Below are positions 28,677 through 43,584 of a stretch of 64,000 bases of DNA, in pieces (the first letter of the stretch is position 1; the number at the start of each line of letters is the position of its first letter). The stretch lies in assembly GCF_009914755.1 (NCBI RefSeq), contig NC_060934.1; one strand, written 5' to 3'. Origin of the DNA: the human T2T-CHM13v2.0 reference genome, Homo sapiens. The position numbers and the translations under genes are program-made. The notes under the pieces were generated by a model. That model saw only the letters and a list, made by a program, of their open reading frames with translations. It ran no database searches and was not told the origin of the DNA.

Positions 28677-29761
28677 TTTACAGCCTGGCTAGCTAAACAC
28701 TGCTTGTTGTAGTAAAATCTTGCTTTTTAAAACATATGTCTCTCATCCTAGCATTGTCATTACATGTGTGTGGTTTATTGTTGAATATGTAATATTTAAG
28801 GATCTTTCCCATTTAGTTTTATTGACTAAAAGCTGTTTCATAATTATAATACACAGACATCTATATAGGTTTTTATTTTATCATTCAACCTATTAGCTAA
28901 TCCTTAGAGTTGTTTCAATTTTCATGTGTTTGACAGATGAACATGTCTAAAACACTGATGAAAATGTTACCAGAATATAAACAAAAATGAATTTTTCCGG
29001 TTAAAACCATTTTACTTGTTAGTAATATGTAACTATTAACCATTAAATAATTTACCAAATTATTCCATTACGTAATCCATATTGCTCCTTCTTGTCCACA
29101 AGAATATAGTAAGGTACATTATCAAATACATACCTCTGACTTTAGTGGGCATTTAATGTATTATTAGAGGATCCCAATATCTGTCTTTCTTAAGAAAATT
29201 AAACTCATCCCTAGTGATTATACACTTTCTTCATCTAACACTATAATATTAATAACATTTGAAAAAGTAATGTCAAATAATTAACACTAGATTTACAGAG
29301 TATTTTTAGACAGTTTTCTAAAATTATCTGAAAAATTTGGCCAGAATCAGTGTAAAATTCACATCTGAGCTTATGGAAGCCAACTTTATTCCACTCTAAA
29401 AGTACAACATTTTATAGTTTTAATTTTATCTTTTAAAATGTTTTAACCTAAAGGTAGTGGAAGACGTTACTAAAGGAAGCTTAGGTAGTAACGTATTTGT
29501 CGTCTCAGTTAACACAAAGACCATAGATGGGGCAGATCTGCAGGATGCAAAAACTTTCTTTTTTCTCACCTCATAGTAGCCATATGGCTACTGCAATTCT
29601 CTGGTTTCATGTGCTTACAAAATGTCCTTTAGTTAAAAACAAAAAGAAAGAGAAAGAGAGAAAGAAAGAAAGAGAAAGAAGAAGGAAAAAAGATAGAGGA
29701 AAAATAATTTCTTCATGTGTCTATTTAAATTAACAAAGACGTGAATTGTCCCAGACCTCCC

Positions 29762-30038
29762 TGTGATGATTAATTTCATGTGTCAGTTTTACTGGGCTAA
29801 GGGTTGCCCACATGGCTGATAAAACATTATTTCTGAGTATGTCTGTGTTTCCAGAGAAATTAGCATTTGAATAGGTAGGCTGAGTGAAGAGGATCATCCT
29901 CACCAATATCTATGGGCATCCTTCAATCTCTTCAGAGCCCAAATAAAACAAAAAGGCAGAGGAAGGGTGAATTTAATCTGTCTTCTTGAGCTGGGACATC
30001 CATCTTCTCTTATCCTCCAATATTGGAACACCTGGTCT
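29762..30038 (+). mobile_element. MLT2 (ERVL) LTR, 5' half
   Basis: tgtgatgattaatttcatgtgtcag...gagctgggacatccatcttctc. Confidence 0.8.
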
Positions 30039-30069
30039 ATGTTGGTAGGAGTGTAAATTAGTTCATCAT

Positions 30070-30933
<864 letters not shown>

Positions 30934-30939
30934 ATCTAA

Positions 30940-31670
30940 TGTGACAACTCTGGAAATCAGATTCTATACCCCCTATTTGTTGTTGCTGTTGTTGCTGCTG
31001 TTATTGTTGTTCAGTGTCTAATGAGCTTTCTGAAATAATTTTGTAGTCTGGGACTACTCTTCAACACTCAGCCAGGCAGTTTACATCTCTGCCTTAGCCT
31101 TCACTTCCTGCTTGCCCAGAGCCTCAAGGCCAGTCAGAGGTGAGAGCTTTGAGCCTTCCCAGGTCTTTACTGAACATGTACGCAGGCCTACACTTGGGAG
31201 TAGCCTCATAGATTTCTAGGAATCATTCTGTTGGAATTTTCAAAGCCCTTATGGACATCTCATTCTCCTGTTTTACTTTTAAAGCTTTTTAGTTAGCCTA
31301 TTGTCTGCCCAAAATGTTATCTACAACCTCATACAGGCACCAACTTGAATAACGGCCTTTAAATGTTTTTGACAAATGCTATTAAGGAAAAGGCTTTTTC
31401 GTTAAGTGAGCTCTTAGGACAGAAAAAGACATCCTGGCAGTGGGATGTTTCTGAAAACCACCAGCCAAGTCAAATGACAGTTCTCTGGGAATGAGGCTTT
31501 GAAGGAAATCCAGCCCCATTCTGTCTTTCCAGTGGCTGCCAGGCTATTGGTCTTCACTGTAATTATGGGCTGTTAATTTTCAAGGCTGCAGTGGAGCCAG
31601 CGAGGAGAGGATGAGACTAGAATAGGGCAAGTTAAAAATACCATACTGCTTGCTGTTCTTAATGAGATTT
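30940..31670 (-). mobile_element. Old L1M 5'-region fragment
   Basis: caactctggaaatcagattct, ctctgccttagccttcacttcctgcttg, cagtggctgccaggct. Confidence 0.6.
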
Positions 31671-31718
31671 TTCATTTTATTTATTTGTGTGTGTGTATAT
31701 ATGTACACACATATATAT

Positions 31719-31748
<30 letters not shown>

Positions 31749-31749
<1 letters not shown>

Positions 31750-32195
31750 GTGAATGGAAAATAAATCTTGGGGCCCCAAAATCACTAAGCTAAAGGGAAA
31801 AGTCAAGCTGGAAAAGGGTTAGGGCAAACCTGCCTCCAATTCTATTCAAAGTCATCCCTCCATTCACTGAGATAAATGCATATCGGATTGCCTCCTTTGG
31901 AAAGGCTAATCAGAAACTCAGAAGAATGCCACTTGTCTTTCACCTACCTGTGACCTGGCAGCCTTCTCACTGCTTGTGCTGTCCCACCTTTCTTGGCAGA
32001 ACCAATGTATATCTTCCATATATTGATTGATGTCTCATGTCTCCCTAAAATGTATAAAACCAAGCTGTGCCCTGACTACCTTGGGCACGTGTCATCAGGA
32101 CCTCCTGAGGCTGTGTCACAGGTGTGCCTCCTCAACCTTGGCAAAATAAACTTCCTAAATTAACTGAGACCCTTCTCAGATATTCAAGGCTCACA
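31749..32195 (+). mobile_element. MER4A1-type ERV1 5' LTR
   Basis: gaaaataaatcttggggccccaaaatcactaagctaaagggaaaagtcaagctgg...aaaataaacttcctaaattaactgagac...ctcaca; preceded by a (CA)n tract. Confidence 0.85.
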
Positions 32196-32548
32196 TTTTG
32201 GCAACCATGAAGGGATTCTGGGTGGAGGCTCCCCTGACCTTTGACAAATCTCCTATCAGTGCTCGGTACCAGCTTGAACTATCTTTATGGCTCAAACCAA
32301 TAGAACAATTTGCCGAGACAGGCCTGGAAGCACCCCCTCCAGAGAATCACTGATCTTTCAAAATTTGGTCAAGATCTAAAGTTTATTTTGCAGTACAACT
32401 CCTTTTTTTTTTGGAGTTTTACTATCTTCTAACGCAAGAAAGGCAAGTTTTTCCTGCTTTGATGACGATGAAATGCAGGTAACTCCTTTATGGAGTTTGA
32501 GCTTGCTTCCAACGGGGAAGACAAATGTGAGTTTCTTCCTTCTTCTAG

Positions 32549-33006
32549 TAAGGGAGGAGACCACCCCTCATATCGTCTTATGCCCAATTTTTGCCTCCAA
32601 AGAAAGAAGTAAAAACTAAAAGGCAGAAATGAAATCCACAGGCAGACAGCCTGGCGCCGCACCCTGGGCTTGGTAGTTAAAGATCGACCCCTGACCTAAT
32701 CGGTTATGTTATCTATAGATTACAGGCATTGTATAGAAATGCACTGTGAAAATCCCTATCGTGTTTTGTTCCAATCTAATTACTGGTGCATGCAGCCCCC
32801 AGTCACATACCCCCTGCTTGCTCAATCAATCATGACCCTCTCACACGCACCTCTTAGAGTTGTGAGCCCTTAAAAGGGACAAGAATTGCTCACTTGGGGA
32901 GCTCGGCTCTTGAGACAGGAGTCTTGCCGATGCCCCCGGCCAAATAAACCCCTTCCTTCTTTAATTCGGTGTCTGAGGAGTTTTGTCTGCAGCTCGTCCT
33001 GCTACA
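32549..33006 (+). mobile_element. LTR2 (HERV-E/Harlequin) solo LTR
   Basis: TAAGGGAGGAGACCACCCCTCATAT...CTCGTCCTGCTACA; 4-bp TSD CTAG at 32545-32548 and 33007-33010. Confidence 0.92.
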
Positions 33007-33723
33007 CTAGGATGGTAAAGAGCAGTCTTCAGCCTGAGACCCATCCCTTACCTAAGGATGGGTAACTAAACTGGGGGTTGTCTTGGCTAAAGTTAAGATT
33101 AACAACCAGCTGGTTGTAATTTCTCTTTACCATTAGAGCACTCAGTAGTTGGATAAGTTGTGCCATCTTTGTTTTGCTTAATTGTTTTTGTTGTTGTTGT
33201 TTGTTTGTTTCTGTTTTTGTTGTTGTTTCAGTTTTTTTGCCATTGGGATTGATCAACTCTATCCGACTTGATCAAATCCAAAGGAAACTTCCAAATTATG
33301 GGGAACAAGACCTCTGAAGTGGCTAAATTTCCACACTGTGGTGGGGGAGAAAAACAGCCAAAAAAGGGGAAAAAAAAAAACAGGGAAGATTTTTTACTTT
33401 GACTACTTAAGGGGCTTTATTTACATAACAAGGCCACCTTTTTGCTAGCCAGGCCAAACTGAAAGAGCAATGGCTGTCACTCCATACTGCAGTTCCATAG
33501 CTAAGGGCTCTGGCTTCTTTTTTTCCACCACGACAGCTTGGGTGTGGTTCCTAAATCAAGCCATTTTCGGTTTGATACTTGGTACTTCTGAAATAGCAGC
33601 AATTTGTTCTAGCTGAATTATGGTAATGAGATTTTAAAAGATTTTTTTAAAGGAGCTCAATGATTAAAAGTCAGCTTAACTAAAAGCTAACATCCAAGAT
33701 GTGTGTGTGTATGTGTTTGTGCA

Positions 33724-33757
<34 letters not shown>

Positions 33758-34340
33758 TGTGTTTGTATTGAAAAGGCCTTCACATATTTTTTTTTTTCTC
33801 CTAGGACCTTGTCTCTCTCTTTTTCTTTTTTAGTTAAAGATTTTTTTTTCTCAGTTGACTGAGTTCTGTTTTTTGTTTTGTTTTGTTTTGTTTTATTTAC
33901 TTCTGCTGCCTCTCCTTTCTCTTGCACCCTCTGCTGCTTGAGGGACCTAAACTATTATAGTTTATAATAGCCTGGCTTTCCTTCAAGAAAGCAGAGAAGG
34001 CACCAGACTCCTTTTTGGGGAGAAACCTGTTTTTCCTTATGAAACCCCAAGAGTGTAAGCAGATAAGTTCATCTCAGCTCTTAAATTGCCTGCTTTTGTA
34101 TTGTGTTACCTGACTTATTGACTAAAAGGGTTGTTGCACCAAAGCCTACTCTGGTTTTTAAGGAAGAGTGTAGTTTACACATTAGAAGTGTCTTCGTTTA
34201 AAAAAAAATTTTAAGTGCACTGAAAAAGCATCACATGGTCTAGCCTCATAATAATTCTCCCTTTTGGGAGATTCAGGATTCAGTGTGGGCTCTGCCCAGA
34301 GCTCAGAGATCTAGTCAAAAGACAGGTATTTCCTACATAA

Positions 34341-34678
<338 letters not shown>

Positions 34679-34726
34679 TATCCTATGATAGATATCTGTA
34701 ACTTTATGTTTGATTTGGCATCCCTC

Positions 34727-35025
34727 TTTTGTTTTGTTTTGTTTGAGACGGAGGCTCTCTCTGTCACCCAGCCTGGAGTGCAGTGACACAATTTCGGCTC
34801 ACTGAAACCTCTGCCTCCCAGGTTCAAGCGATTCTCCCACCTCAGCCTCCCAAGTAGCTGGAATTACAGGCATATGCCACCACACCTGGCTAATTTTTGT
34901 ATTTTTAGTAGAAACGGGTTTTCACCATGTTGGCCAGGGTGGTCTCGAACTCCTGACCTCAGATGATCTGCCCGCCTCGACCTCCTAAAGTGCTGGGATT
35001 ACAAGTCTGAGCCACTGCCCCTGGT
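34727..35025 (-). mobile_element. AluSx-like with no visible TSD
   Basis: Full Alu; left flank is MER4-int, right flank is unrelated sequence. Confidence 0.9.
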
Positions 35026-35422
35026 GTAGTACATGGTTTTACTGCATGTGACTAGTTTACATGCAACTAGCCATGCAAGTTCAGTAACCCAAGGCGGTCT
35101 ATACCCTGTTCAACAAGAACCATCTACTAATGACACTTCTGGAAGTCTGGGCAATGTCAACTTGCTGTAAAAGTTCCCAAATGCTCTCAATTATCATATG
35201 ATAACAAAGGTCTCAAATCAGTAAATTTTGAGTGGCCCTTTACTAGGAATAATCTTGAATAAGCTAGTACTGCCCTCCACAACCACAATTAAAAATATAT
35301 CGGTATTGGTTTTCTCTTCAGTTCAAGAATCATGTAAATATGTAATGTAGAAAATGAGGATTTCCCATATTCCCACAGAATCACAAAGATGATCACTGGT
35401 AATATGCGTGCTACATATATGA

Positions 35423-35833
<411 letters not shown>

Positions 35834-36022
35834 TAGGACATGTTCCCAAATGACATATTACATTTTCATCATTCTTTTTTAAAATATTTTTTCGTGAGAC
35901 AGTGTCTTGCTCTGTTGCCCAGGCTGGAGTGCAGTGGCCTAATCACAGGTCACTGCAGCCTGAAACTCCTGGGTTCAAGGGATCCTCCTCTCTCGGCCTC
36001 CTGAGTAGCCCAGCTAAGTTTA

Positions 36023-36491
<469 letters not shown>

Positions 36492-36622
36492 TGGAGAGAC
36501 AGGTCTCACTATGTTGCCCAAGCTGGTTCTGAACTCCTGGACTCAAGCAATCTTCCCATCTGGGTTCCCAAAGTGTTGGGATTACAGGTGTGAGCCACCA
36601 TGCCCAGACATTTTCATCATCC

Positions 36623-36814
<192 letters not shown>

Positions 36815-39800
36815 CTGTTTTTACTAGACCTTGATCACATCAAAAAGATTGTGTCTCTTCCATTTATTGTGCAGCTTGTACACAATTGACACAATGGGGA
36901 GCTCAGCAAAGGACGCAGAGTGACAGCATCCTCCCTTCAGTGGAATGGCCATGTCTAGACACCTCTTAATCACTCCCGAGAAGTAGGGATGGGTTCGGTG
37001 TATGAGAATAAGAAACGGAGCCTCCAGGGTTGAGACAATTTGCCCAAAACACATCTCTTGTGGGAAGTACAGTTGCGATCCCCCAGGTCTCTTGGGCTTG
37101 CAGGTTCCTGCTCTCCCGTGGGCCCCCAGGAGATGTTGGCTGCCAAGAGGAGGAGGAATCCTCCTGGGCAGAGGTTAACTTTTGCCACTCCAGGATTTGC
37201 CCACCCTGGGGTCCCTGCCAGGAATGTTCCCCCAGCACCACCCTCCCCATGCCGCCTCCTAACTGGCTGTGTCCTTCCCACCATTCAGCAAACACATCCT
37301 ACGTCCAGGACCAGCCCCTTCATCTCAGGAAGGCTGCCATGGGACTCCCAGAACCCCCATGGCTCCTGGAGCCCTGAGGGAATCACATCTTGGGTGGGGA
37401 GTGATTTGTTTTCTCATCCAGTGCAACCTTGGAGGTAACAGACAAGAATGTCCTGTGATGCGAAGCACTTATTGTCCTGACCTCTGGTCCAGTGCCCTTC
37501 GCTCTAAGCACATAGCATCCCCAGGCTGTTCCTGGAGGTGTGGGCTGGGGTTTGTAGGGACTAGCTGGACCAGCTGGGCCAGGGGAGGCAGCCATGCCCG
37601 GGGCACATAGCCACTGCCCAGAGCTGCCCCCAGAGCTGGGAGCCATCTTGCACATGGTGCTGTGAGATGCCCTCCAGAGAGGAAGATGGAAGCTGTCTCC
37701 GTGCCCCGGGACTGATGAAGGGCCCATTCCAGGCCTTTGGGCACCCAGGCTCGCTACCCTTCTGGGAGCCCTGTCCTGTGGGCCAGGACAAAGGTGCCCT
37801 CACTGGTGGCATTCTCAGAAGCTCAGCCGCTCCCCACACATGCACATAGGGGCGTGCCCACACCAAGCCACGTGTGGGTGTCTGGGGACAGTGAGTCTGG
37901 GGGAGGGGGTGGGTCCCTTCCAGAAGGGTCTTGCCAAAGTCCAATTATGAAGGTGAGCTGAGATGGGCTCCCTCAAAGGAGCCATAGTGTGGGGAGCCCC
38001 GGGCAGAGCCCAGAGAGAAATGCCAGCCCCGAGACCAAGACACGCTCCAAGGAGTGCTGCCAAGAGCAGTAGACACAGCCGCTGAGGCCCACGGGGCACA
38101 GTGAGGCTGTGGGAGAGGGTGGCCCCTCTGTGGCCATTTCCCTGCCTGTGCTCACATCCCCTCCTCAGGCCTGTCTCACCAGCTCTGGCAGCCCATGACC
38201 CACATTCTGTCTGACTCTCCTTCCTCTCCTGGCTACAGGGATCCCCAGTGCCCCTCACCATTCCTTCTGGTCTCTCCTCTGCCTCCCGGAACTGTTCCCC
38301 AGGACTCTCTCCTGGGTCAGCCCTTCCTCCCACTCCACATCAGTGGTTCCAAACCCCGGATGCCTTTGGGATCAGCTGGGTGCATTTTAAATCCTTCCAG
38401 CCCAGAGCCCTGAGGACCAAGTCACCCCCGCCTGCTCCTGTGGCACCCCTTGGATCAGCCAACCATTTTATCATCATCCATCACGTCCCCTGTCACCAAG
38501 AGCCTCTGGCATGTTCTGTTGTCCCCACGCCCACACTGGCACCCCTCATCCACCAACCTGTGCCCACGTCCTGCCTTGAGCCTGTTTCCCCTCCTGAGTG
38601 GTGTTTCCTCACTCCAAGTGGGCACTGAGGCAGCTGGCAGACCTGGCTGTGAGCTTCTGTCCCTTCCAGAAGGATCCTCCCCTCCAGATTACCCAGTCAA
38701 GCTTGACCCCATGGTGCCACTGAGACAGACCAAAAGAGGGTATTGAAGCCACACAGTCCCCTGAGCCCCACTGAGCTGCACCAGCTTTGGAGCTGGAGAC
38801 AGCCTGGGAGACTGAGCACTGAGTGCTAGGTCACCATGGAGAAATCATTGTAACCTTCCCTTCCTCCCACTCTTGAGGGCCCTGGGGGAACACAGCGCAC
38901 AAGGTGAGTGGTGGAAGAGGCATGTGCTTGGGTGCTTGGCACCTAGCCGGGGTTCATTTCTGTGGGTTCCCAAGATCCCAGCCACATGTCCCACTCCTGC
39001 CTCACAAAGTGACAGGAACTCCCTGTTCTGGACCCTGAGCTGAGTGTCACATGCTGACCATGGAGACCCTGACTTTGAGGGGAGCACAGACTATCAACAC
39101 AGTCCTGTGAACACAGAGAGAAGAGTACAGGAGGATGCTGTTTGGAGCACAAAGGGTGTGGTGTCGTCTACTCTGGGACCTGGGTGTTGGAGGAGGCTGC
39201 TGTGAAGAAGGAACCTTCCGCTGGGCCCTGGAGAATCACAAGCATCATAGGAGTTAGCCAGGTGGAGGTTGGGGGTGGAGGCATGGGGTGGACATGGCGG
39301 GAAGTGAAAGTGAGGTAAGGGAGAACTTGAGGGCCCTTCTGCACTGACAGGGTGAGTGCATGGGACAGGGTGAGTGTGCACTGGAATGGAGCGTGGGTGC
39401 AAGAGACAAGGCATGTGTGCACAGGAGGGAGCATGTGTGCACGAGGGTGGAGTGTGTGCACAGGGATGCTGTGTGTGTACATGAGGATGGAGTATGTGCA
39501 GAAGGATGAAGCATGTGCACGCAGGGCCAGGGCATACGTGCATGGGGTGTGTGTACCTGGGGACTGAGCATGGTGTCCAGCCTGTTCCTCCTAAGTAGTG
39601 GGCACCAGCTGATTCCTCAATGAATAAATGTCAGCCAGAAAGAGAGGAGATGCACCTACAGGCTCACAGCAGGAGAAGCATAATGCATTGGTGAGCGTGT
39701 TTCCACAGGGGACAAGGAGGGTGGCGGAAGAGGCGTATGGGTGGGGTGCTGGGTACCTAGCCAGGCTGTGTTCTGGTGAGTGAGCCCAAAGGGTCTGAGA

Positions 39801-40400
39801 TCAGCTGCAGGCATCCTCATCTCTGCATCTGGACCACTGGACCTCAGACATCTCAGGGAGCTGTTGAGTAGGCAATTGGAGAGAAACTTCTGGAACTCAA
39901 GAGGAGGATGGGGGTGGAGCCATGGCCTCAGGCATCATCCCAGGGGTAATAGTGAAGCCACAGATGTACCTGAGAGCTGCCCAGAGAGAAGCCAAGGCCA
40001 TCCAAGGCAAAGAGCAGACACTCAGAAAACCAGGGGAGCACTCCGCTGGGAAAGACAGGGCCAGGGGTTTGCAAGACACAGCAGAGCGCAGGCTACGTCT
40101 GACCAGTGGCTGGTGAGATTCACAGACAGGGGCCACTTTGGGCCACTGCAGGATGTGGAGGGTGCTGGGCGTCAACGGGTTGCCCTGGAGGGTAGGAGGG
40201 AGGCAAACAGCTCCTGTGGGCAACAGCGGTGGGGCAAGGGGCTGGGGTGGTGGCTGTACTGGAAGGGGTGAGGGCCAGAGGACAAGGAGGGAGCACTCTG
40301 GGAGTCCTGGAGAGGAGAGTGTGAAGACACAGGAGAAAGAGGGAAAGGAGATCAGGCAGGAAAGATGAGGGAGGGGAGTGGGAGCCAGGGCCTGACTGGA

Positions 40401-40457
40401 GACTCGACTTCTGACTTCCGACTTCCGACTTCCGACCTCCAACTTCCGTTAGGAAGT
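40401..40457. promoter_or_regulatory. 7-bp tandem array of ETS/GABP motifs
   Basis: ACTTCCG at 40414, 40421, 40428 and 40442 plus an inverted AGGAAGT at 40451. Confidence 0.5.
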
Positions 40458-40977
40458 GAAACAAAGGCGAAGGCCCTCTCTGTCAGGGTACTCAGAGGAA
40501 AGGTCAGGGAACCAGGGCATGTGGGAGAAGAGTGGGAGTCCTCCCAGTGTTGTGGGGAAGGTGTCTGTTTAGCTGGAGGTGAGATTCTAGGTCCGGTGTG
40601 GGGGAGGTGGTGAGTGTGGAGGCCGGGAGATTAGAATTAGTCATTGTGGTGCAAAAGGGAAATTAACCTACAGAAGCTGTCCAGCGCCAGCGTGAGTATC
40701 AGTCAGAGGCTTTGAGCAACCCAGTGCTCTAGAAGAGGTAAAGTGAAGGCTTCCCTGGTCTCTGACATGAACTTGTTCTGACTCCCCTTGTAGAGGCCCA
40801 GGAATGTGTCCTGCCTTGTCCACAGGGGAAGGCCTCCACCCTGCTCAGCCTGCCTGGCAGAAATGTCCCCCAGCCCTCCTGGAGCCTTAGCCCCCTGAAT
40901 GTGCCCCACAGCAGACAGCTATCAGATTCCTCCACAGGTGTTCACTCTGTGGCCGGGCAAGTCAGCCAATTTAAACC

Positions 40978-41156
40978 GTATATGTTTGCCTGTGTGTATA
41001 TGTTTATGTGCGTGTGCTTTGGGATGTATGTTTGCCTGTGTGTCGATGTGCATGTGTGTGCGTATTATGTATGTGTGTGTGTGTTTGCTGATGTGTGTGT
41101 GTTTGTGATTGCATATGTTTGTATGTGTGCATGTGTGTGTGTGAGTGTGCATGTGT
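40978..41156. repeat. Degenerate (TG)n tract
   Basis: Interrupted tgtgtg/tatg run. Confidence 0.85.
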
Positions 41157-41194
41157 CAGCTTTGCCGTCTTTCCTTCAACCTCTGGCTGCTGCA

Positions 41195-42009
41195 GATGGT
41201 GGAGTGAGCTGAAGATGCTAGAGTGAGCTGAGGCTGGTGGAGTAAGCTGAGGCTGATGGAGTGAGCTGAGGATGCTGGAGTGAGCTGAGGATGCTGGAGT
41301 GAGCTGAGGATGGTGGAGTGAGCTGAGGATGCTGGAGTGAGCTGAGGATGGTGGGGTAAGCTGAGGATGGTGGAGTAAGCTGAGGCTGGTGGAATGAGCT
41401 GAGGATGCTGGAGTGAGCTGAGGATGCTGGGGTGAGCTGAGGATGGTGGAGTGAGCTGAGGATGCTGGAGTGAGCTAAGGATGGTGGAGTAAGCTGAGGC
41501 TGGTGGAATGAGCTGAGGCTGTTGGAGTGAGCTGAGGATGCTGGAGTGAGCTGAGGATGGTGGAGTGAGCTGAGGATGGTGGAGTGAGCTGAGGATGGTG
41601 GAGTGAGCTGAGGATGCTGGGGTGAGCTGAGGATGGTGGGGTGAGCTGAGGATGGTGGGGTGAGCTGAGGATGGTGGGGTGAGCTGAGGATGGTGGAGTG
41701 AGCTGAGGATGGTGGGGTGAGCTGAGGATGGTGGAGTGAGCTGAGGATGGTGGAGTGAGCTGAGGATGGTGGGGTGAGCTGAGGATGCTGGGGTGAGCTG
41801 AGGATGGTGGGGTGAGCTGAGGATGGTGGAGTGAGCTGAGGATGGTGGAGTGAGCTGAGGATGGTGGGGTGAGCTGAGGATGGTGGAGTGAGCTGAGGAT
41901 GGTGGGGTGAGCTGAGGATGGTGGAGTGAGCTGAGGATGGTGGGGTGAGCTGAGGATGGTGGGGTGAGCTGAGGATGGTGGAGTGGGCTGAGGATGGTGG
42001 AGTGAGCTG
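41195..42009. repeat. 19-bp minisatellite GG(A/G)GTGAGCTGAGGATG(G/C)T, about 43 copies
   Basis: Directly visible tandem array; explains the 288- and 274-aa minus-strand ORFs with 19-aa periodicity. Confidence 0.97.
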
Positions 42010-43584
42010 CCCTGCTAGACACTCCTTATCTGCTCCCAGCACACAACATCCTGTTTCTGGTTTCCATCTCGGTCAGTGGGGCTGCAGGGCAGATGCTGCT
42101 CAGATCTGTCTTTGGAGTTATTCCACTTTTTGTCTTGAACTTTCTGGTTGTGTTTCATTTTTCATTAATGCATTTTAGAACTTCGGGCCTTTTAAAACTC
42201 TGCATTTGTTATAATTAGCTGTTCTTGTCATATAGTTTTATTCCTTTATCTTTTTTTGAACATTTTATACACCCTTATTTCAATGTTCCTTTTAGATCAC
42301 TCTATTCTCTTTACTCTCTGGGCTTTGAATCTCCTTGTTTCTTGTATCTGCTGCCTCTCTTTGGGATACCTGGGAGTTTTTCCTCTGACCTCGTCTTCAG
42401 TAGGAAATGATTTTCCATGAGAATCCTGGTTCCCCTGGATGAGGACGGTGTCTCCTGGGGAGAATGTCCTGTTTGGTTTTGCTGGAGCCTGGCAGGTTCT
42501 CTCAGTTGCAGATGGGTATAATGTTAGCTCCTCAGCTCAGAGTTTCTGCACCAGCTCACCGCAGACTTGGGCCCTGGTTTCCCACAGATGCCCAGGGCAG
42601 GGGGCCTTCCTCTGTGCTAGGTGCTGCTCCGTGGTATTTGTTCCACGAGTCTGCAAACATTGTTTTGAAGTCAGTTTGTAACATCTGCCTAGTAAACAAA
42701 AGTAACACTTGTGTCTCCTGGAAAAATGGACTGTCACCACCCCCTTCTCTTCTTCATCCCAGTCCTCAGGGAGGCCCCTGAGCCACTGATGTCTGAGGCC
42801 ACCAAGGCAGGAAGACCCTGGGGAGAGGGTAAATGGGAGATGCCTCTCAGCCCCTGTGCCTGCTGTCCCCTGGGCCCCAGGGTAGAGCTTCTGCAGACTT
42901 TGTTCCTTCCCATTTCTGAGACAGCCTGAGCTGGGGCCACCCTCCCCTTCATGGAGTCCCAGCTGTCAAACAAACACCTCCAGGGCCATCTGTTCTCTGA
43001 GCAAGAGTTTTCCTCCTGGGATGCCCCCACCCACCCACAGAAGCAGGGATATAGGGAAGGAAGGACCAGGATTTCTGGTTGCAATAATTGTATCCGTGAG
43101 TTTGAGACTCCCAGGTTACCTTTGGACTTATGAGTTGAACTGCTGGGCATTCTGGCCTGGATGTCCCTGGAGCCCCAGAACCTCCACAAGGATCATGAGC
43201 AGGGGGTCACTGCCCCAGAACCATGAGGGCACCCACATGGTCTACCCTGGCTCCTCACTCATCAGAGGAAATGACGAGATTCCAAGGTCCCCTCCGGTAT
43301 TGCAGGCTGGCCTGAGCCATAGGGTCCTGTCCCAGCATGGCATCAAATGCCTGGAGCTCATCCTGCAGGAGCAGCCATAGAGGAGCCCCCGGGTGTGCTG
43401 GGCAGGGAGGATGTGTGGAATCTCATTCACTCTGGACAGCTGTGGCCCCCAAACTACCCATAACGATGCGGTCCAGCCGGAACTGGGGCCTTTTGGCTTC
43501 ATAACATGTTGGAGTCTTTCCCCAGAGCCCCATTGTCTTTTAGAAATTACCACTTAGAGAGGGTAGTGCTTCTGATAAAGACAG

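Noticed and set aside
37815-38333. 172-aa ORF with a hydrophobic stretch (LCLLLLAALLGACLGLGAGISLWAL)
   Set aside because: No recognisable family, start context or exon structure; expected by chance in GC-rich DNA.
41195-42009. CRISPR-like array or Chi (GCTGGTGG) sites
   Set aside because: No unique spacers, primate DNA, and Chi has no established role here.
41156-42042. 288- and 274-aa ORFs, the longest in the window
   Set aside because: They arise from a nearly stop-free 19-bp repeat strand; no gene context.
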